Source: Thermoplasmata archaeon (GTDB lineage: Archaea > Thermoplasmatota > Thermoplasmata > Halarchaeoplasmatales > Halarchaeoplasmataceae). Taken from it: 64,000 nucleotides of DNA. The stretch is taken from NCBI GenBank assembly GCA_003553085.1, contig PUPH01000031.1, positions 3 to 64,002 on the forward strand. Direction: 5' to 3'. Shown here piece by piece: positions 57,864 through 64,000 of the stretch (position 1 is its first letter; every line of letters starts with the position of its first letter). Made by a program: the position numbers and the translations under genes. Under the pieces are notes generated by a model. The model had not been told where the DNA came from and did not search any database. It was given only the letters and a program-made list of their open reading frames with translations.

Positions 57864-59087
57864 CTACACCTCTATCGTTTCTCCTTCGACGGGCAAACGA
57901 ACATCGTATTCATCAAGATCCTCAGCCACCAGTTCGCGTTTGTCACCGTGCATAAGAACTATCTTCTCAGGTTCACATCCGTGGGCAAAGTCGATGAGTT
58001 CGGAGTGACCGCCATGGGCACTGAAGTCGTACTTCTTCACACAGCACTCCACAGGCACCGTAGCTCCTCTATCGTGGACCATACCCGTGTTCAGTAATCG
58101 GTCTCCGTTGGTACCTTCCACCTGATATCCGGTCAAGAATATGGCACTGTTCGGATCCCTACGTTTGTTCATGATGTACTCCAGCACGGGACCGCCTTCC
58201 ACCATACCGCTGGTGGTCACTACTACCTCGGCCTCCTTTGCACGTTTTCTGCTCTTATTTGAATGTACTGGGTTCGCGTTACCAACGGCCTTTTTCAACG
58301 CCTTACCTTTCCTGAGGAAGCCCTGGTGATTGAGGTATATCTGATTCACCGTACGTCCCATACCGTCGAACCACACGTCGTAATCTCTATCGTTAAGGAC
58401 CATCAGTACTTCTTGAGTACGTCCCACTGCGAAGGCAGGAACGATGGCCTGGCCGCCTTTGGCTAAAACGTCGTCTATATCGTCTAAAAATTCCTTCTCA
58501 GACTCTTCTCTATCCTTATGTTCTTCTCCACCGTATGTTGCTTCTAATATCAATGTGTCACATTTTACCGGATGTGCACCCCAGAGCAATCTGCTGTTTC
58601 CAGTGTTCATATCTCCGGTGAACACCACAGTTTCCTCTCCCCTGAGCTCGGTCATCATGGACCCGGGTATGTGCCCTGCTGAGTGAACCTCTATCTCCAT
58701 TCCACCTATATCCCTCTTGGAGTTGAACCCCATGAGGTCGAAGGCGGCTTTGGTCCTTTTGATATCGCTTTTATCGTAATACTGTGGATAGCCCTCTATG
58801 TTGGCTATCTTCAAGCTGTCGTACAGCAGTAACTCAGTGACCTCTAAAGTCGGGTGTGTCGCCAGTACGTTAACATCGCACATCCTGACCAGAGAGGGTA
58901 TCATACCACAATGGTCCAGGTGCGAGTGAGTTAAGAAAGCTAAATCAACAAGCGGCGGTCGCATAGGGTATTCTGGAGGGTCCGCCGGAAGCATACCGTG
59001 ATCGAATATCAAAGTCGTATTCTTGTATTCCATAACCATGGAGAGGGGTCCGACTTTCGACACCCCTCCTAAGAAAGTCAGTTTCAT
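57864..59087 (-). CDS. Metallo-beta-lactamase/beta-CASP ribonuclease (short aCPSF2-like)
   Basis: MBL motif HSHLDHCG, beta-CASP motifs and a C-terminal His. Confidence 0.65.
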   Translation of the reverse strand: MKLTFLGGVSKVGPLSMVMEYKNTTLIFDHGMLPADPPEYPMRPPLVDLAFLTHSHLDHCGMIPSLVRMCDVNVLATHPTLEVTELLLYDSLKIANIEGYPQYYDKSDIKRTKAAFDLMGFNSKRDIGGMEIEVHSAGHIPGSMMTELRGEETVVFTGDMNTGNSRLLWGAHPVKCDTLILEATYGGEEHKDREESEKEFLDDIDDVLAKGGQAIVPAFAVGRTQEVLMVLNDRDYDVWFDGMGRTVNQIYLNHQGFLRKGKALKKAVGNANPVHSNKSRKRAKEAEVVVTTSGMVEGGPVLEYIMNKRRDPNSAIFLTGYQVEGTNGDRLLNTGMVHDRGATVPVECCVKKYDFSAHGGHSELIDFAHGCEPEKIVLMHGDKRELVAEDLDEYDVRLPVEGETIEV

Positions 59088-59169
59088 ATATTTTTCACCG
59101 TTTCTTTTTTTTTCAATATTGCTTAAACATTAAGGGGTGGTATATATTGGTTTTGTGTGTCTCTTTTGA

Positions 59170-59935
59170 TCAAAATTCGACTATAGCGGCCAAATTTTGC
59201 TCCTCCGGGTCGTATGTCCCTTCCATCTTTATACCGATCACCATCCCGTTCACAGGGGACTTAACCTCCGACCCCTCAAGCAGTCCCAGTATATCTCCTT
59301 CTTTGACCTCCATACCCGGTAGTATCATGGGTACGTAATATCCAGCCTTCTCTACTGAGAACTGCTGGTAGCTGTCGAAGAATCTTACCTTCTCCGGAGC
59401 ACGACCGGACAGGTAATCTTTCAAAGCGTCCTTGACCAGATCGAGTTCGTCCCTCAACCAGCGTCGCCCACCGGTTTCTATGATCATGGATGGGATACCG
59501 ATTTTCGAGAGCTCTAAAAACATTTGTTGAGAAGTTCCTGCGGTCTGAACCGCATATGGAATACCCATCCTTCTGCAGAACTCCCTGTTGTGATCCTTCC
59601 TCAGGTCGGTCAGCATGTAGGGAACACACCTTCCAGCTTTACCATAGGTGTGAAGATCGATCACCCGGTCGTAACGTTTGGCCTTACCGAACAACTCAGC
59701 GGCTATGACTTCTGATACGGTACCGTTCAGGTCCCCGGGGAAGCACCTATTTAGATCTTTACCGTCCTTCGGATTCTCTCTCATGCCTTCCTCGATGGCT
59801 TCGGGGTTGACTTCCGGGATCACGTCAACATTTTCCATACCGATACCCTCTATCCATCCCCTGAGCTCACGAGCTATCATTACACTGCCGATCTCGTCGC
59901 CATGTACGCCTGCAGTTATCAGCACCTTCTCCATG
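59170..59935 (-). CDS. Succinylglutamate desuccinylase/aspartoacylase (AstE/AspA) family zinc deacylase
   Basis: MEKVLITAGVHGDEIGS, the Zn-binding HxxE of the family. The ORF-track start 60078 is probably an over-extension. Confidence 0.6.
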
Positions 59936-59995
59936 CTACTACATGAACTTTGCACCTTATATTCTTTTTTGAGATAGAAGCGTAAAGTTATAACC

Positions 59996-60271
59996 GTGGT
60001 CGTGTATTGTATCATCGGTGTCGAGATGCAAGATACTGAAGAACTGAAAGAAGTCATGACGACTTTGAAAGAAACCATACCAACATTGATCTCCGGGATG
60101 ATAGAGGCTGTTTACAACGCTGAAGACGGCGAAAGTTTGGCTAGGATCACAGCGAGATTCTACCGGGAATTGGTGACTGCGGGGATGGATGAAGATAATG
60201 CCTTCCAACTCACCAGAGAATTCATGAAGAGTAGAGATGTGACCAACATCGCTAAGGAAGTGCTCAGATAG
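59996..60271 (+). CDS. Hypothetical small acidic protein (91 aa, or 81 aa from Met 60026)
   Basis: ORF abutting the downstream aldo-keto reductase. No recognisable motif. Confidence 0.3.
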   Translation: MVVYCIIGVEMQDTEELKEVMTTLKETIPTLISGMIEAVYNAEDGESLARITARFYRELVTAGMDEDNAFQLTREFMKSRDVTNIAKEVLR

Positions 60272-61435
60272 GTGGTCGATATGAGATACGATACGATAAA
60301 CGGGGATGAGATATCCGCTATAGGTATGGGGTGTTATGCTTTGAGCGGAGCTTACGGTTCCGTGGATCATCATAAGTACAGGAAGGTCATAGATAGGGCC
60401 ATCGAACTAGGTGTCGTTCTTTTCGATACCGCCGATACTTATGGAGAGGATGCTGAAAGGGTGTTGGGAGATGCATTAGTGAATGTCCGGGAAGATGTAT
60501 TCATCTCCACGAAAGTGGGGATCACCGAGGGTAAGAAGCCGGATCTTTCTTACGATTCAGTTGTGGATGCATGTAAAAATAGCCTTTCGCGACTAAAAAC
60601 TAATTACATCGATTTTTACTTGATACACTTCGATGACCCTGAAACCCCTGTAGAAGAGACTGTGGAGGCTTTAGAACATCTACAGGACGAGCAGATGATT
60701 TTACATTATGGTGTCAGCCATATACCCCATCAAAGGGTCGAAGAATATATCGAATTAGGGGACCCATCGATATTGATGTTCGAGTACAGTGCTGTGGCAA
60801 GGGACGCAGAATCAAGATTGTTCCCCCTATGTCGAAAACATGATCTAGCAGGTCTGGCTTTCAGCGTTACAGGGCGGGGTGTTCTTACAGGGAAGATAAC
60901 TCCTGAAACAGAATTCGGTGAGGGGGATATCCGGAACAACGACCCACTCTTCAAGTACGCTAGGTTCGGATCCGCTCTGAGGATTGCACGGAAGATGGAG
61001 GAGATCGGAAAAAAACACGATAAGACCCCTGTGCAGATGGCTATCGCATGGGTACTTTCGCACCCAGAGATAACCTGTGCCCTGACAGGTCCATCGTCCA
61101 TAGAGCACCTGGAAGAGAACGTTCAAGGTGCCGAATTCACTATCCCCGATGAGGACATGGAAGAGCTGGAACAGTTCCTCAAACAAGACCACCAACGTAT
61201 GCTGGAGGATGAGAGCGAGCTGTTAAAGAAACTACTCAAAGAACCATTGGACCAGAAAAGTGGGGTCAGTGATCTGGTATACGTTTTTGAGACCGCCATC
61301 TCACGAGGATGGGCTGAAGAAACGGACTTGATGCCGCTATTCATGCGATTGTGGAAGATGAAAGAGGATCCCGACAGTGCAGTCATGGAAGAGATCCAGT
61401 CTGTTCTCAAAGAAGGTCTGCTGGATAATATTTGA
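60272..61435 (+). CDS. Aldo-keto reductase with a C-terminal extension of about 90 aa
   Basis: AKR motifs GMGCYALSG, FDTADTYG and IHFDDPE. The ORF-track start is GTG; the first ATG is 60281. Confidence 0.75.
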   Translation: MVDMRYDTINGDEISAIGMGCYALSGAYGSVDHHKYRKVIDRAIELGVVLFDTADTYGEDAERVLGDALVNVREDVFISTKVGITEGKKPDLSYDSVVDACKNSLSRLKTNYIDFYLIHFDDPETPVEETVEALEHLQDEQMILHYGVSHIPHQRVEEYIELGDPSILMFEYSAVARDAESRLFPLCRKHDLAGLAFSVTGRGVLTGKITPETEFGEGDIRNNDPLFKYARFGSALRIARKMEEIGKKHDKTPVQMAIAWVLSHPEITCALTGPSSIEHLEENVQGAEFTIPDEDMEELEQFLKQDHQRMLEDESELLKKLLKEPLDQKSGVSDLVYVFETAISRGWAEETDLMPLFMRLWKMKEDPDSAVMEEIQSVLKEGLLDNI

Positions 61436-61436
61436 T

Positions 61437-61973
61437 CTAGGCTTCCATCTGTCCCTCTAGGAAAGCTGATATCCGTTCTACGTTCTCAAGGTTCTTTCCA
61501 TAATCCACAGCAGTTGTCGGAGAGACCGGTTCACTCAAAAAATATACGCTAGTTTTCTCCTCATCCACACTCTCCACCTTGAAGATGATCCTTTCTCCAA
61601 GTGTTTTGGATGACATCCCGGTCCTGCCAACGATACGGCCTTGAGAGCGGTCAAGTTTGTTGATAGATGCCTTTTTGATCTCTTTCAAAGATTCGATGCA
61701 AAGGTTGAAGGTTTTATCATAAGACAAAGATAGGACCATCCTCCTTTCTTGCTTGACTTCCAGCGCATCCTCATAATCTTCATAAGGGAGTTGCTTCACG
61801 GACCTGCGGTGTAGAAAACCGAGTATCAATGATAAAGTACTGCCCACGAACATACCTCCGATCAAACCAGCTATCAGACCTGCTGGAAAGCCCCTCTGCA
61901 TGTGATAAAAGGTCCCGAACACTAATCCGAAGGGGATACCGGTCGTTAGAAAGATCTTGATATATCTATCCAT
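61437..61973 (-). CDS. Hypothetical membrane protein (two N-terminal TM helices)
   Basis: Hydrophobic N-terminus followed by a soluble domain. No recognisable motif. Confidence 0.4.
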   Translation of the reverse strand: MDRYIKIFLTTGIPFGLVFGTFYHMQRGFPAGLIAGLIGGMFVGSTLSLILGFLHRRSVKQLPYEDYEDALEVKQERRMVLSLSYDKTFNLCIESLKEIKKASINKLDRSQGRIVGRTGMSSKTLGERIIFKVESVDEEKTSVYFLSEPVSPTTAVDYGKNLENVERISAFLEGQMEA

Positions 61974-62053
61974 GTGAAGTACCTCCCCAACGACTCAGGT
62001 GTTGAATACTTTGACATCCGTGGGTCATGGAGTGCTTATCAAGAAGACGAAAA

Positions 62054-62671
62054 TTAAATCTTTTGTTGAGCATCGTCCATCATTTTGTATTTTCTTGCGA
62101 TGTTCTCATGTTTCTTCAACGCATCTTTTACGAAAGAATCCAGCAGCTCTTTTGCACCGTCGTTCTCTATGATACGACCTGAGATCGAACTTTGGGAATA
62201 ATTATGACTTTGCAAAAGGATTATTTCTTCGTGTTTCTTCAGGTCGGAAGACAACAGATCCACGGTTTCTTTACCACCGGATTCCTCATTACCTATCACG
62301 ATGTAGTACTTACTGACCCTTTCGAATCGGTTATACAATCGAACATCATGGAAAACACTTTGAGAGCGTTCTCTGAAAGCAAAATATTTCGAACAAGGAG
62401 CGCCGCTGTAGATAGGGACACTGATGAATACCAGGTCGTGATCCACTATCTCTCCATATATATCGGAAATATCATCGGATTTTGGACAGTCTTTATCTGG
62501 ATCAAAACATTGATACTTGCACTCGCTGCAAGGGGCGATGTTGTGATCATTCATCTCGATGAGGTGACTATCCACTCCTTCTTCGTCAAGGATATCTGAT
62601 ATGTGATCCAACGTACCAAGGCAGTTGCCCATGGTTTTCCTACCACTGAAGGACAATAACAGAGCTTTCAT
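62054..62671 (-). CDS. Flavodoxin-fold NAD(P)H-dependent FMN reductase / iron-sulfur flavoprotein-like protein
   Basis: MKALLLSFSGRK...Cys cluster CSECKYQC...DCP, then FISVPIYSG. This is a pattern call only. Confidence 0.4.
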   Translation of the reverse strand: MKALLLSFSGRKTMGNCLGTLDHISDILDEEGVDSHLIEMNDHNIAPCSECKYQCFDPDKDCPKSDDISDIYGEIVDHDLVFISVPIYSGAPCSKYFAFRERSQSVFHDVRLYNRFERVSKYYIVIGNEESGGKETVDLLSSDLKKHEEIILLQSHNYSQSSISGRIIENDGAKELLDSFVKDALKKHENIARKYKMMDDAQQKI

Positions 62672-62817
62672 AGTACCAGCGTCCTCTCATAGTTCATAAT
62701 CTTTCTACGTACATACTTGTAAATTAAATCTTTGCTGTGTTAAGGGGAATACCCAAGCTACAAAAATTTATTTAAGGTGTATGCTATCATAATATAGCAC
62801 AGATAAAGGGATCCACT

Positions 62818-63552
62818 ATGGAAAAGACTAAACAAGGTTTAAAATATTCGATGACGGGATTGTTATCAGCTACCCTGGGGATGATGGGGTTTTTTATGCT
62901 AGGTTTTCAACATTATCTATTGAGGGATATTGAAGAGGTAGGAGCAACCTCTATAAGTTTCGCAGGTTTTGGGATCCTCCTATCCATGATAGCTATGGGT
63001 TTCCTTCTAGTCGGGATAGTAAACCTTAGAAAGGACTCCGATGAGTTAGGGGATGATCACAAAATGAATGTTCAGAAGAGCTCACGATTTTTAGCTTTTG
63101 GGATCATCTTTTTCATATTGTTTATTTTGCTACTGTTCGTGTTCGGATCACGGCCCGTGGTGCGTGCGGACACACCCCAAGAAACCATAAATGAGATCAA
63201 AATTCTTATCTTCGCCTTACAGATATCATCCATAATTTCAACAGTTTTTATCTGCCTTGCAGCGGTTTACCAAATATATGACGTAGTTTCAGGATTATGG
63301 AGAAAGATACTTTGGTCTGCTGCGGGAACTGGTATCGTCTCAACTTTGGTAGGATTCGGGATGTTCTTTTCGATCTACATAGGGAACGATTTCGTGGACG
63401 TCATAAGAAGATTCGATACATCACATTTTTTGACCAAAGGGTTCGCATTCATCGCGTATGGGATCTTTTTTGTGACTTATTTAACCGTCTACATCAACCT
63501 GAAAAGAGACGGATCTGAAAAGGAAAAAGATAATAAAAATCCTTTTCAATAA
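62818..63552 (+). CDS. Hypothetical polytopic membrane protein (about 7 TM)
   Basis: Hydropathy only. Confidence 0.4.
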   Translation: MEKTKQGLKYSMTGLLSATLGMMGFFMLGFQHYLLRDIEEVGATSISFAGFGILLSMIAMGFLLVGIVNLRKDSDELGDDHKMNVQKSSRFLAFGIIFFILFILLLFVFGSRPVVRADTPQETINEIKILIFALQISSIISTVFICLAAVYQIYDVVSGLWRKILWSAAGTGIVSTLVGFGMFFSIYIGNDFVDVIRRFDTSHFLTKGFAFIAYGIFFVTYLTVYINLKRDGSEKEKDNKNPFQ

Positions 63553-63559
63553 CAGATCA

Positions 63560-64000
63560 TGACGGATCTGAAATTCGGAGTGTGTGGTAACCTCGATTGG
63601 CACGGTACACCCGATGAATTGAACCCGATATCCACATTGAAGAGAAATGATGTTGGGGAATTACTGCTAAAACTCAACAGGGAACCTATGGGAAAAAGTG
63701 ATCTCATTGATGAATACGGTGATCTAGAAGAGGAGATCGAAAAGCTGCTCAGATTAGGGGCTTTGAGAGAAGATGATCTGGTTTATGTAAACTTCACATT
63801 CATAGATGAAAAAGACAGCGATCACGTGTTCAGAGAAAGCGAGCCTTTTGCCAGACGTTTATGTGGATCGATCATGGAGAATAAGGGTACACTGTATGAA
63901 ACACTCGATAGATACGATAATCCTGAGGTTTCTAAAGAAAAGCTCGCCTTCTTCATAATAGGCTGTTACCTACTCGATTGGGGCGCGTTGGAGATGTTCC
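63560..64000 (+). CDS. Hypothetical protein, 3'-truncated at the window edge. Absent from the ORF track because there is no stop.
   Basis: ATG at 63560 and an open frame to the end (MTDLKFGVCGNLDWHGTPDELNP...). Confidence 0.4.

Noticed and set aside
1-64000. CRISPR arrays or mobile elements
   Set aside because: The only periodic direct repeats are coding: the zinc-ribbon mini-satellite and the peptidase cassettes. I saw no transposase, integrase or cas-like ORFs, no spacer-repeat architecture and no target-site duplications.

Overview
This 64 kb window reads as an archaeal chromosomal segment. Nothing here looks like a mobile element or CRISPR array. The recognisable core genes are mre11-rad50, nurA-herA, rfcS, tfb, gar1, alba, rio1, cysS, and the rpoE'-spt4-dephospho-CoA kinase (DUF359)-rps24e-rps27ae cluster. 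Three things stand out.

- **Peptidase array (8.3-21.7 kb).** Four consecutive same-strand genes encode large secreted peptidases of three different catalytic classes: M14 carboxypeptidase, S8 subtilisin, M28 aminopeptidase, then a second M14. Each starts with a Sec signal peptide, has a GGAGG Shine-Dalgarno and ends in the same ~570-aa four-part C-terminal cassette. The cassette is conserved at the DNA level, including the downstream oligo-T terminator, and has no C-terminal membrane anchor. I read it as a secreted protein-degradation toolkit (endopeptidase plus N- and C-terminal exopeptidases) sharing a possibly new C-terminal surface-attachment or sorting module.
- **Intron-containing tRNA.** A 138-nt tRNA-Arg(CCG)-like gene at 42491-42628 appears to carry two 32-nt non-canonical introns, one in the D-loop and one at T-loop position 59/60. 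Its 5' end overlaps the stop codon of an rps27ae gene that is too short to appear in the ORF track.
- **Duplicated tldD-pmbA operon.** A tldD-pmbA-tldD-pmbA four-gene operon sits next to a folP gene that has an N-terminal extension.

Other observations:

- The double-strand-break repair genes are split into mre11-rad50 and nurA-herA loci about 19 kb apart.
- The same CPxCG...CxxCG zinc-ribbon unit recurs as a tandem-repeat protein, as a triple-ribbon protein, and as C-terminal tails on a PQQ propeller and a 1392-aa TPR protein.
- An 848-aa CARDB-like surface protein has a C-terminal TM helix and an acidic tail.
- A 518-aa Cys-rich protein has no recognisable family.
- A 13-bp palindrome lies in a divergent promoter.
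- Translation signals are mixed: cysS appears leaderless, secreted-protein genes carry strong SDs.
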